From Terracidiphilus sp. (GTDB lineage: Bacteria; Acidobacteriota; Terriglobia; Terriglobales; Acidobacteriaceae): DNA of 64,000 nt. The notes under the pieces are model-generated. The model saw only the letters and a list, made by a program, of their open reading frames with translations. It was not told the origin of the DNA and made no database searches. Positions 26,632 to 35,491 of this stretch are shown here, one piece after another. A program made the translations under genes and the position numbers. Numbering within the stretch: the stretch's first letter is position 1; each line of letters starts with the position of its first letter. The stretch is from the NCBI GenBank assembly GCA_049522255.1, contig JBEKOA010000001.1, forward strand, positions 4,216 through 68,215, written 5' to 3'.

Positions 26632-27174
26632 GTGAGAACTAACTTGGCGGTACAAATAGGCGCAAAACCGGACAGCGGATTCGACGATCCAATTGGGATG
26701 CTAGTGGACTGCCACCGCAGGGTCGAAGGCTTTCTTGGGATTTTATGCGCTGTAGTTGAGCGCGCCAAAAACAGAGAATTGACCGATGAAGAGAAGAGCG
26801 CGGTTCAATCGGCTCTTCAGTATTTCCAACTGGGTGGGCAGCGGCATACTGCCGATGAGGAGGAGTCTCTGTTTCCTCGGTTGCGGGGAAAACCAAATCC
26901 AGCAATCGACGCGATTGCCGGGCTGCAATCGGACCATCGCCGCGCCAATCGGTTGCATGATTCGATCGAGAGGATATATCTGACCTGGATCTCCAGCGGA
27001 AGACTGACACCCGAAGAGACAGAACGACTACTGTCTCAGACAGGTGAACTCAAAGAACTCTACTCAGCCCATATATTGATGGAGGAAACCGTCGTGTTCC
27101 CCTACGCAGCGAAGGTATTGGACGGCGAGGTTATTGCCAAAATTGCCGCCGAATTCAAGATGCGGAGAAAATGA
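26632..27174 (+). CDS. Hemerythrin-like (HHE) di-iron protein
   Basis: H..VE, HTADEEESLFP, DHRR, HILMEETVVFP. Confidence 0.85.
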   Translation: MRTNLAVQIGAKPDSGFDDPIGMLVDCHRRVEGFLGILCAVVERAKNRELTDEEKSAVQSALQYFQLGGQRHTADEEESLFPRLRGKPNPAIDAIAGLQSDHRRANRLHDSIERIYLTWISSGRLTPEETERLLSQTGELKELYSAHILMEETVVFPYAAKVLDGEVIAKIAAEFKMRRK

Positions 27175-27192
27175 CGGCGATTCTTCAATTGA

Positions 27193-27208
27193 AGTGACCA
27201 AAGTCGCT
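27193..27208. promoter_or_regulatory. Copy 2 of the 16-bp operator (AGTGAC-CAAA-GTCGCT)
   Basis: Centred -41.5 from a TACGCT -10 candidate at 27230, upstream of ric. Confidence 0.65.
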
Positions 27209-27254
27209 GTGGTTCATAATCCGAAGTCCTACGCTGTGGTTAAAGGAGATCGAA

Positions 27255-27974
27255 ATGACCCCAAACCCACAGACCGTTCGCGAAATCGCCCTGGAACAGC
27301 CATCTTCAATAAGAGTTTTTGAGAGATTTGGAATCGACTATTGCTGCGGGGGCCGCAAGCCTCTCAGCGAAGCGTGTATGGCCGGAAATCTTGAGGTAGA
27401 CATTGTGATCGCCGCGTTGGAAGCGGCTGCAAAGGCGCCGGATTCAGAAGTTGAAAACTGGTCCGGTAAGTCGTTGGAGAGCCTGAGCGCGCATATCGTC
27501 ACCACGCACCATGCCTACGTAAAGCGAGAACTGCCTAGACTCGCCGTGCTCGCCGAGAAGGTTGTGAATCGTCATGGCGCAACAAAGACGGAATTGCCGG
27601 GAATCGCTGGAACACTAGCGCGGCTCGACGGGGAACTCACGCAGCATCTGGCGAAAGAAGAAGCCGTCCTGTTTCCCTACATTGCGGATCTTGAACGGGC
27701 CGTTTCGAATCATGCCGCGAAGCCACGCAGTTGCTTCGGGACGGTTGCCAACCCGATCGCGATGATGACGCAGGAACACGATGCTGCCGGAACGCTCCTC
27801 GCTGAAATTCGTCGTCTCAGCCACAATTTCACCACGCCTGAGGATGCCTGCCCTACCTTTCATGCCTTCTACGGCGGGCTAAAGGAATTTGAACAGGACC
27901 TGCACCAGCACATTCATTTGGAGAACAACATACTGTTTCCGCGTGCAATAGAGATGGAGAAAGCCGCATCCTAA
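27255..27974 (+). CDS. ric: Iron-sulfur cluster repair di-iron protein (RIC/YtfE/ScdA)
   Basis: GIDYCCGG, HH.YVKRELP, HLAKEEAVLFP, EHD..G, HIHLENNILFP. Confidence 0.93.
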   Translation: MTPNPQTVREIALEQPSSIRVFERFGIDYCCGGRKPLSEACMAGNLEVDIVIAALEAAAKAPDSEVENWSGKSLESLSAHIVTTHHAYVKRELPRLAVLAEKVVNRHGATKTELPGIAGTLARLDGELTQHLAKEEAVLFPYIADLERAVSNHAAKPRSCFGTVANPIAMMTQEHDAAGTLLAEIRRLSHNFTTPEDACPTFHAFYGGLKEFEQDLHQHIHLENNILFPRAIEMEKAAS

Positions 27975-28007
27975 TCGATACTGGCCCAACTCAATAGCCA
28001 GGAAGAG

Positions 28008-29807
28008 TTACTCGTCGACTGGGGCTGTCTTCCTCGCCCCGCGGAACGGTGGACGAACGTGCAGGACGCGTTCCCGGCTGCGCTCCTCAGAGAGGTTGCG
28101 GGCGCGCGCACTCAGCATGTCATCGAGCGAAATCATGCCTAAGATTCTGCGTTCTTCGCCGCTATCCACCACCGGCATCCTCGTGAAACCCGTTTCTGCC
28201 ATGCGATAAACTAGAGTTCGCAGCGACTCATCTGCAACCGCCACGACGGGGTCGCGGCGTGCAATGTCGGACAGCAAGGCGCGATCGCTACTGCACTTGG
28301 CCAAATCCTTGCGGGTGATTACACCCCTCAGGCGGTGATTTGCATCGATCACGGGATAAAGGTGCTGCCCGCGAGAAGGATGGCCATTCTTCAACATTCT
28401 CAGTGCATCGTCGAGCGTGCCGCTCCCCTCGAACGCGAGTATTTGTGTACGCATCACTTCGCTAGCGAATAGCACCTCCAGCGGATCCACGCTGTACTCG
28501 CGGCTGAGATGAAAGCCGCGTCGAGCCACCTTCTCAGTCAGGATCGAACGCTTCAACACCAACACCGTGAACGTGTGCGCAATGACGGCGGCTACGATGA
28601 GTGGCAGGATCATGTTCACGTCGTGCGTCAGCTCGATTGCGAATACGATTCCGGTGAATGGCGAACGCATGGTGCCGGCAAGGATCGCTCCCATGCTGAC
28701 AAGTGGCCAGAAGCCGGGTCCGGCCGCGGGAAGAAACAAAGCTTCAAGGCCGCCCAATGCGCCACCCATCATCAGCAACGGGGCAAGAACCCCGCCCGAT
28801 GTTCCCGATCCCAACGATACCGCCCAGATAGTGGACTTCACCAGCAGGATTCCCAGCAGCAGGCCAATGGCGCCGTTGCCCTCAAGGAGAGTGGCAATTG
28901 TGTCGTAACCAACGCCGAGGGCCTGCGGAAAGATCATGCCTCCCAGCCCGATCACCAGGCCTCCGATAGCCGGCCACCACATCCAGTGGATCGGCAGCTT
29001 TGCGAAGGCATCCTCGGCGGCGTAGACGGCGCCGGTAAGCAATGCAGATAACGCACCCGCGAGCAGTCCGCAGACGACGCAGCCCATGAGCCCGCCAGGA
29101 CCAATGAATACAGAATGCGCCGGTGTAGGAAAGAGCGGGCCGAGACCGATCAGGTATCGCCGTGCTGCGCATGCAGTTGCACTGGCCAGCGCCACCGGAA
29201 TCAGACTGCGCGGCTTCCACTCGAAGAGCAGCAACTCGACCGCAAGAAGAATCGCCGAGAGTGGCGCGGCAAATGTGGCCGACATGCCGGCCGCCGCTCC
29301 GGCCACAAGCAAGGTCTTTCGTTCAGCGCTGGTGAGATGAAAAAACTGTGCGATCATCGACCCGAACGCGCCGCCCGTCATGATGATGGGGCCCTCCGCG
29401 CCGAATGGCCCGCCGGTTCCTATTGAAAGCGCTGCCGAGAGCGGCTTCAGAATTGCCAGCTTCGGATGCACCCTGCTGCCGCCGATCAAGATCGATTCGA
29501 TGGCCTCCGGTATGCCATGCCCGCGAATCCGTTCTGATCCGTAGCGTGCCATCAGGCCAATGATCAACCCGCCGGCTACTGGCACCAGAACAGCCCACCA
29601 GCCAAGGTGATTTTCCGCGGGTGAGACCAAGCTGCTTCCGATTCGCTGATAGTAGAAGAGATTGGTGAAGAACCCGATCAGCCGTAGCAGTGCAAGCGCA
29701 ACGTAGGCGCCGATGAGACCGATCACCATCGCCAGGCCGGCGATTGGCAGCACGCGACTCGTAGTTGTGAAATCGCCCAGCTTCTTAAGTTCCGCACAGA
29801 GTTTCAT
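28008..29807 (-). CDS. ClC-family anion channel/antiporter with a CBS pair
   Basis: GHGIP, GAEGP, GSGTSGGVLAP, FAIELT; C-terminal CBS (HLYPVID, RMPVVD). Confidence 0.9.
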   Translation of the reverse strand: MKLCAELKKLGDFTTTSRVLPIAGLAMVIGLIGAYVALALLRLIGFFTNLFYYQRIGSSLVSPAENHLGWWAVLVPVAGGLIIGLMARYGSERIRGHGIPEAIESILIGGSRVHPKLAILKPLSAALSIGTGGPFGAEGPIIMTGGAFGSMIAQFFHLTSAERKTLLVAGAAAGMSATFAAPLSAILLAVELLLFEWKPRSLIPVALASATACAARRYLIGLGPLFPTPAHSVFIGPGGLMGCVVCGLLAGALSALLTGAVYAAEDAFAKLPIHWMWWPAIGGLVIGLGGMIFPQALGVGYDTIATLLEGNGAIGLLLGILLVKSTIWAVSLGSGTSGGVLAPLLMMGGALGGLEALFLPAAGPGFWPLVSMGAILAGTMRSPFTGIVFAIELTHDVNMILPLIVAAVIAHTFTVLVLKRSILTEKVARRGFHLSREYSVDPLEVLFASEVMRTQILAFEGSGTLDDALRMLKNGHPSRGQHLYPVIDANHRLRGVITRKDLAKCSSDRALLSDIARRDPVVAVADESLRTLVYRMAETGFTRMPVVDSGEERRILGMISLDDMLSARARNLSEERSRERVLHVRPPFRGARKTAPVDE

Positions 29808-30229
29808 CCGCCATCCAGTACGCCGCTTAGCGTTTTCATCAGTTCAGGCCCTTTGGCCCGCAATTCTTCATGGTGCGCGAGAGACAACCTTTGCAACAAT
29901 GACTCTCCCTCACTCGTGAGCCGAACAAGCACTTCACGATGATCTGTTTCTGCCGCCACCCGCTCTACCATCCCGTGTTCCGTCATCCTGTTCACCAGTT
30001 CAACAGTGCTGTGATGGCGAATCAGCATCCGCGTCGCCAGCTCGCCGATCGTAGGCTTCACGCCATCCGGCAAGCCCTTGATGGCCAGCAAAAGCTGATG
30101 CTGTTGCGGCTCGATCCCATGAGTGCGTGCCTGATCTTCGCTGAACCGCAAAAACCGGCGGATCTGGTAACGAAATTCGGCCAGGTCTTGAAATTCGCGA
30201 GTCGTGAGCCGAGCTCTTCTTGCTGTCAT
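29804..30229 (-). CDS. MarR-family regulator
   Basis: IEPQQHQLLLAI, IGELA, HHSTVELVNRM..G.V.R...DHREVLVRLT.EG; overlaps the clc start. Confidence 0.88.
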   Translation of the reverse strand: MTARRARLTTREFQDLAEFRYQIRRFLRFSEDQARTHGIEPQQHQLLLAIKGLPDGVKPTIGELATRMLIRHHSTVELVNRMTEHGMVERVAAETDHREVLVRLTSEGESLLQRLSLAHHEELRAKGPELMKTLSGVLDGG

Positions 30230-30264
30230 CTATATATCGTATCACGATATATCGCCACACTCAA
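30230..30264 (-). promoter_or_regulatory. sigma70 promoter (TTGAGT-N17-TACGAT) overlapping a 9-3-9 inverted repeat; probably leaderless
   Basis: ATATATCGT-ATC-ACGATATAT at 30232-30252; -10 ends 6 nt before the ATG. Confidence 0.7.
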
Positions 30265-30419
30265 TTGGCCGCATCAGTTCGAGACCCGGCCAGGTCTGGA
30301 CGGTGCTGAAAACCCCGCTTTTTGAGCATCGGAGTTGACTGGCGAAGTCGCGCTATCGGTGGATGGGAGCCAACGCTAGCTGATCCGAAGCCCCGAATTC
30401 CCTGAAGGGACAGGGCGGA

Positions 30420-31529
30420 TCACATGCCGGGATGGGACAATTCGTTCGCGTGTGGCACGAGACGCAAATAGACTGAGCGCGGGATATTTGTCTGCCAGTG
30501 ATTTGTGGCTCGGGCAAATAGCATCAGTCCGAAAAAGATATACGCGAGAACGGCGGTGACGGCCAGAGGTCCAAGTGTGCGGCGAAACCATCGATGCGAG
30601 GCTGCCGCGCCGCGTCTCGGTGCAAGTGCGAATTGAAGCGCATCCTGCCGTGGGCAAACTGCCACGCATGCCAGGCACGCGTTGCACTCTGCCGACCGGA
30701 TCTGTGTCAGGCGGTCGACCGGCAGGCTTGCCGGACAAGCTCGCGCGCACTTTCCGCAATCGAGGCAGTGCTCTGCGTCTCGGCGAATCTTGACAGGACT
30801 AAGAAGCGAAACGAGCCCCATCAGCGCGCCGTAAGGACAGAGGTAGCGGCACCAGAAGTTCTTGAGCAGCAGGGAGCCGAAAACCAGAATGGCAAGGACG
30901 ATGGCGGCGGTCTGCCCCATATCGCGAAAGAAGTTCAACATCTTCACGTCTGCCACCAGGCCATAAGGAGTGTTCATGAAGCTCTCCAATGCCTCGCCGG
31001 ACATAGCGCCAATGACGAGAACGAAGAATCCGAGCAACAGGTATTTCAGCCCGCGTAAAGGGCTGTCGGCCCAACGGGGAAGTCGCAGATTGCGCCCGAA
31101 GATCCTTCGCCCTATCTTCCACAGATACTCTGAGAGTGTTCCCACTGGGCAAAGCCAGGAGCAGAAGGCCTTCTTCAGCAAAAGACTCATCAGCAGAAAG
31201 GCAATCAACAAAAACATGGCCGCAGGGTGAATGGACGGCACGCGCCCGGTAAATAGAAGGTACTTGAGATTCATCAGACCGGCGATGGGCAGCCAGCCCT
31301 CGGCCCCGGGAGGGCGAGGCACGTAAAATCCCTCACCTCCGTGTTCGAAATAGCGGACCCACAGAATGAACTGAACCCCAAGCCAGCCGTTCAAAGCCAC
31401 AAACAGCAACTGCACAAGGTGCCTGATCCGTTGGGAGTTGTCCGCCACGGGCCGGCGAATTAGCGGCTTCTTCTCGTTGAGGCGAGAAACTCCTTTTGCT
31501 GACTGGGTCTCCATGGCCGATTCTTCCAT
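30420..31529 (-). CDS. YccM/NapH-like membrane polyferredoxin
   Basis: CSWLCP, CRYLCP, CLDCGKCARACP, CNACLACVAVCP; TM helices. Confidence 0.85.
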   Translation of the reverse strand: MEESAMETQSAKGVSRLNEKKPLIRRPVADNSQRIRHLVQLLFVALNGWLGVQFILWVRYFEHGGEGFYVPRPPGAEGWLPIAGLMNLKYLLFTGRVPSIHPAAMFLLIAFLLMSLLLKKAFCSWLCPVGTLSEYLWKIGRRIFGRNLRLPRWADSPLRGLKYLLLGFFVLVIGAMSGEALESFMNTPYGLVADVKMLNFFRDMGQTAAIVLAILVFGSLLLKNFWCRYLCPYGALMGLVSLLSPVKIRRDAEHCLDCGKCARACPASLPVDRLTQIRSAECNACLACVAVCPRQDALQFALAPRRGAAASHRWFRRTLGPLAVTAVLAYIFFGLMLFARATNHWQTNIPRSVYLRLVPHANELSHPGM

Positions 31530-31565
31530 CTCGACCCAAGACTATAGCAAGAGAACAAGACGAAC

Positions 31566-31581
31566 AGCGACTTTTGTCACA
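31566..31581. promoter_or_regulatory. Copy 3 of the 16-bp operator (minus strand TGTGAC-AAAA-GTCGCT)
   Basis: Centred ~-40 from an extended -10 TGcTATAGT (31541-31549, minus). Confidence 0.65.
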
Positions 31582-31775
31582 GCAGTACCCAGAACAAAGC
31601 GGAGACTTCTTTGTACGCGATTTGCTTTCAGGATTCGGCAATCGTCGCATTGCTTGAATTGCCGGCATTCTTATGATCAGCAAGTGGACCGGTTTCAGCA
31701 CTTATCGCGGGTCTGACACCCGCCGCCTCTCTAAAGACCGAGTCCAAGGGCCTACCGCCCTCGAACAGGCCTGCA

Positions 31776-31803
31776 AGAAAGATCCGGCCCCGCGGGGGGC
31801 CGG
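31776..31803 (-). terminator. Rho-independent terminator candidate
   Basis: CCGGCCCC-N4-GGGGCCGG followed by ATCTTTCTT on the minus strand. Confidence 0.55.
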
Positions 31804-31845
31804 CTCGGATGGCTGATCGATCGGATAGTTATCCGACAGGTCTGC

Positions 31846-32402
31846 TTACTTCACGGTGATCGTAAAAGTTTGCGTGCTCTTGCATCCGCTGGTGTTAGTG
31901 TAGGTGGCCACATACAAGTCTGCGCCTACGGTCAACGGAATGCTGTTGATTTGACGCAAGGTCGACGTGTACTTGTTAGGGCCGGTCCAGCTCCATGATC
32001 CGCCGCTGGATGGCTGCGGGCCGAGGTCCACAACCGTTGAGGTGGAACTTGCCGTTGCTCTGGATTCCTCCGTCCAGGTTGCGCCCCCATTGATTGAGAT
32101 GTACGGAGTGATAGTGGTCGGCGTGCAGTTGACCGTCAAGGCAATCGTCGTGCTGGCGGTCAGGCTGGCGGAGGTTCCTTTGACGGTGATCGTAGCCGAG
32201 CCTACCGGGGCCGAACTGCTTGGAGTGAGGGTGAGCATGCTGCTTCCGTTGGTTGGGTTAGAGGCAAAGGTTGCAGCCACGCCGCTGGGCAGGCCGGAGG
32301 CGGCAAGCGTCACGCTGCCGGTGAATCCGTTCTGCCCTGTCACAGTGACGGTAGATTTTCCTGAAGTACCCTGGGCTATGCTCAGCGATGCAGGCGAAGC
32401 GC
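31846..32402 (-). pseudogene. 3' fragment of a secreted Ser/Thr-rich Ig-like repeat protein
   Basis: SPASLSIAQG..TVTVTGQNGFTGSVTL.ASGLPSGV.ATF plus C-terminal LGPQP..GGSWSWTGP domain; no signal peptide or credible start. Confidence 0.65.
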
Positions 32403-32423
32403 CGCCCCTGTTATTCTTGAAGC

Positions 32424-32996
32424 GTGATTCATCACTCAAGACTCCATGGATTTGCCGCGATGAGCCTGCTGTTGGCAGTGACTCTCTTCGCATGCCACAA
32501 GGAAGAGCAGGCTGTGGTGGGCGTGGCCAAGACCGCGGTCAACGCCGAAAAACAGGCTCGAGCCACGGCTCAAGAGAACGCAACCGAAAGCGACCAGAAC
32601 CGCGCGGCCCTGGCACTGATCCCGCTGCCTACCAAGAGCATGTATGTGGACGTGCACGAGCCCGGCGCGTGGGTCAATCCCTTTCTCTCCGTCGATACCG
32701 ATACCCTCAACCTGCGCATCACGATGGCCGACGCCAACACTAGCTCCGTGGGCCAGGGAACCATGTTGCGGCCCGAGGCCGCCCGCCGCCAGGAGATCCA
32801 GATTCGTCCCGCCGATCTCGCAAAGGCACTGATCGCACTGCCCCCCGGCGCATGGCGATATGGCCGCGTGATCGCCGTGGCCGAGTCGCCCGTAGCCAGC
32901 AAAAAGGACCGCCCCACTGTCCGCCGCAACGTTGAAGCCGCCATCAAGCAGCTCAACGATCTCGGCATTGTTGTCGAGGAGTGGCCCACGCGCTAG
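32424..32996 (+). CDS. Hypothetical lipoprotein
   Basis: Hydrophobic stretch ending LFAC (lipobox-like); high-GC codon pattern. Confidence 0.65.
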   Translation: MIHHSRLHGFAAMSLLLAVTLFACHKEEQAVVGVAKTAVNAEKQARATAQENATESDQNRAALALIPLPTKSMYVDVHEPGAWVNPFLSVDTDTLNLRITMADANTSSVGQGTMLRPEAARRQEIQIRPADLAKALIALPPGAWRYGRVIAVAESPVASKKDRPTVRRNVEAAIKQLNDLGIVVEEWPTR

Positions 32997-33057
32997 CGTT
33001 TTTGCGGTTGACATTGAATTTCGCTGCGGAGCCTCTGGCAGTTCTGCCCAAGACTTA

Positions 33058-33909
33058 TCAATGCAGTAGAGAACCTACCCGTTGCCGCATTTTACCGAGT
33101 GCCAGCAGGATGCCGTGGAGCAGCGCCTCCGGGCGAGGCGGGCATCCGGGGATGTAGACGTCAACCGGAATCACCGCATCCACTCCGCCCAGCGAGGCGT
33201 AGTTGGCGCCGAAGATGCCTCCACTGATGCCGCATGCGCCCACGGCGACCACGATCTTTGGATCAGGCGTCGCGGCCCAGACCTTGCGCAATGCCAGTTC
33301 CATGTTGCGCGTGACCGGGCCGGTGACCAGCAGCATGTCGGCATGACGCGGCGATGCCACGAAGTGAATGCCAAATCGTTCAATGTCATGTACCGGATTA
33401 TTCAACGCAACGATCTCCTGCTCGCAGCCGTTGCACGAGCCTGCATCGACTTGGCGAATCGCAAGCGACCGTCCGAGCAGGTTTTGAATTGCCGCCGCGA
33501 TTCGCTTGCCGGGCTCATCAAGGACCGGGCCACATGTGGACGATTGCAGCGTGGCATGGGTGGCATCGGGATTGAGCGTGTATTTGGCGGTCAGCACGAG
33601 ATCGCGGCGATCGCCGGCCGCAAGCTCGAACTTTCGCGTCATGCGCACTGCACTGTCTGCATTGGCCGCCTCGCATTCGCCGCAAAAAATGCACCGGCCG
33701 TAGTCAACGGTGACCTGTCGCAGGCCGTCGGAGTCGCGGAGGGCGATGGCTCCAGTGGGGCAAGCCTCGGCCGCGGGACGCGCATCGTGCCAAATTTCAA
33801 ACTCAAACTCAGGGCATCCGCGAAACTGCTCGGCCAGGCGCGGTGAAACGTTTGGATAGTCGGCCGTCGCCGTGCCGATGCTGAACGATTTTTGGAGGAT
33901 CTTGAACAT
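33058..33909 (-). CDS. ehrS: Ehr/group-4 small subunit (NuoB/HycG-like) fused to an N-terminal ferredoxin (NuoI/HycF-like)
   Basis: DAGSCNGCE, SPRHAD, GACG.SGG, PGCPP; N-terminal ACPTGAI and CIFCGEC. Confidence 0.85.
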   Translation of the reverse strand: MFKILQKSFSIGTATADYPNVSPRLAEQFRGCPEFEFEIWHDARPAAEACPTGAIALRDSDGLRQVTVDYGRCIFCGECEAANADSAVRMTRKFELAAGDRRDLVLTAKYTLNPDATHATLQSSTCGPVLDEPGKRIAAAIQNLLGRSLAIRQVDAGSCNGCEQEIVALNNPVHDIERFGIHFVASPRHADMLLVTGPVTRNMELALRKVWAATPDPKIVVAVGACGISGGIFGANYASLGGVDAVIPVDVYIPGCPPRPEALLHGILLALGKMRQRVGSLLH

Positions 33910-33913
33910 CGTG

Positions 33914-35491
33914 TTACCGATCCGTTCCCGAGTAGGACAAGTTGAAACTCTTGTTGATCACCGGAAAATCCGCAATGATGTTGCCCTCGACGGCTTCCAC
34001 GATCCCCGGCCAGTTATTGATGGATGGATCTTTGACCTTGCAACGTTCAATGCGATTGCCTTCGCCGGTGCGGACCCAGTGAATGATTTCGCCGCGCCAG
34101 CCTTCGACGGCACTCATCGCGCAGCGGCCCGGCGGAATGGGCGCGGTTGGTGCGCGATGCGGACCCTCAGGAAGAAGTGAAACCGCCGCGCGGATCATCT
34201 GGATCGACTCGCCCACCTCATCGATGCGAACCAGCATTCGATGGCGCACGTCGCCCACATGATATACAGGGACTTTGAATGGGAGCTGGTTGTAGGCCTC
34301 GTAAGGATGGTCGCGCCGGATATCGCGATCGACGCCGGAGGCGCGCCCTGCCACGCCGACGACTCCAAGTATGGCTGCCTTATCCGGGCGCAGGATTCCA
34401 GTGTGCTCCAGGCGGTCGCGGGTCGAGTCGGAGGATTGAATGATCGCCACCAGATCGCGGAATTCGCGTTCCACTGTTTTAAGCGTTCTTGTGATGGCTT
34501 CGACCTGATCCGGCTGCCAGTCTCGGCGCACGCCGCCAATGGCGACCATTCCGCGCAACACGCGGCTTCCGGTGAGTGTCTCGTTCAAGCCCAGCACATC
34601 CTCTCGAATTCGTCCCGCATGCGCGTTGGCAATGGCAAAACCGACATCGGTGGCGATGGCTCCGACATCGGCGATGTGATTTGAAATGCGTTCGAGCTCA
34701 AGGAGAATGACACGCATGAATTGCGCCCGTGCCGGGACATCGATCTCCGCCGCCCGTTCGACCGCCTGGCAAAATGCTGCGCCGTGAGAAAAGGCCGAGT
34801 CGCCTGAAATGCTCTCAGCAAGAAACACGGCGCGATGAATCGGGAGACTCTCAAAAAGCTTCTCGGTCCCTTTGTGCGTGTAAAACATGCGGAGTTGCAA
34901 GTAGAGGATCGGCTCTCCGGCGACGGCGAAATTGAAGTGACCGGGCTCAATGATGCCGGCATGAACCGGCCCGACGGGAATCTGAAAGACGCCTTCACCG
35001 TACGTCGGCCGGTAGACGTGCTGCTCTCCTGAAAATGTAGGCAGCACGGTGTCGAGCGCGAAGCTTTTGCGCAGCGGATGCACATCGGGCCAGTTATCGT
35101 GGAGCGCGACACGGCGCGGGTTCGGATGGCCCACAGCTTCGAGGCCGAACCAATCCTGAATCTCGCGCTCCTGCCAGTTGATGGCCGGCAACTCCGCGGC
35201 CAGCGATGAGAATGACGGAAATCGCTCGGGGATGGGAGCCTTCAGAATGACCCAGCTTGCCTCGCCCGGCCGGTCGAAGACATAGTAGTTATAAAAGACG
35301 CCTTCCGCACTTACTCGATCCTCGGCAAAGACAGTCACGATCCTCGCCTGGTGTTCGATGAGGAAGTGCCGGACAATCCCTGTGACATTGGGGCTGTTCA
35401 ATAAAACCACAACCTGATCGGGAACGGCTTCTTCCACCGACCGGACAATACCCGGGAATCGATCGTGAAGTTCATCGAAGAATGTTGTCAT
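33914..35491 (-). CDS. ehrL: Ehr large subunit (NuoC+NuoD/HyfG-like) lacking Ni-binding cysteines
   Basis: W.EREI.D.FG, GPVHAG, YTHKGTEK, ESISGDS in place of RxCGxC, EGWRGE, C-terminal DFPVINKSFNLSYSG in place of DPCxxC; ATGA overlap sets the start. Confidence 0.87.
   Translation of the reverse strand: MTTFFDELHDRFPGIVRSVEEAVPDQVVVLLNSPNVTGIVRHFLIEHQARIVTVFAEDRVSAEGVFYNYYVFDRPGEASWVILKAPIPERFPSFSSLAAELPAINWQEREIQDWFGLEAVGHPNPRRVALHDNWPDVHPLRKSFALDTVLPTFSGEQHVYRPTYGEGVFQIPVGPVHAGIIEPGHFNFAVAGEPILYLQLRMFYTHKGTEKLFESLPIHRAVFLAESISGDSAFSHGAAFCQAVERAAEIDVPARAQFMRVILLELERISNHIADVGAIATDVGFAIANAHAGRIREDVLGLNETLTGSRVLRGMVAIGGVRRDWQPDQVEAITRTLKTVEREFRDLVAIIQSSDSTRDRLEHTGILRPDKAAILGVVGVAGRASGVDRDIRRDHPYEAYNQLPFKVPVYHVGDVRHRMLVRIDEVGESIQMIRAAVSLLPEGPHRAPTAPIPPGRCAMSAVEGWRGEIIHWVRTGEGNRIERCKVKDPSINNWPGIVEAVEGNIIADFPVINKSFNLSYSGTDR

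Noticed and set aside
30275-30300. tRNA-3'-like string GTTCGAGACCCGGCCAGGTC as a partner att site
   Set aside because: Short and mismatched, no CCA and no arm repeats; probably chance.
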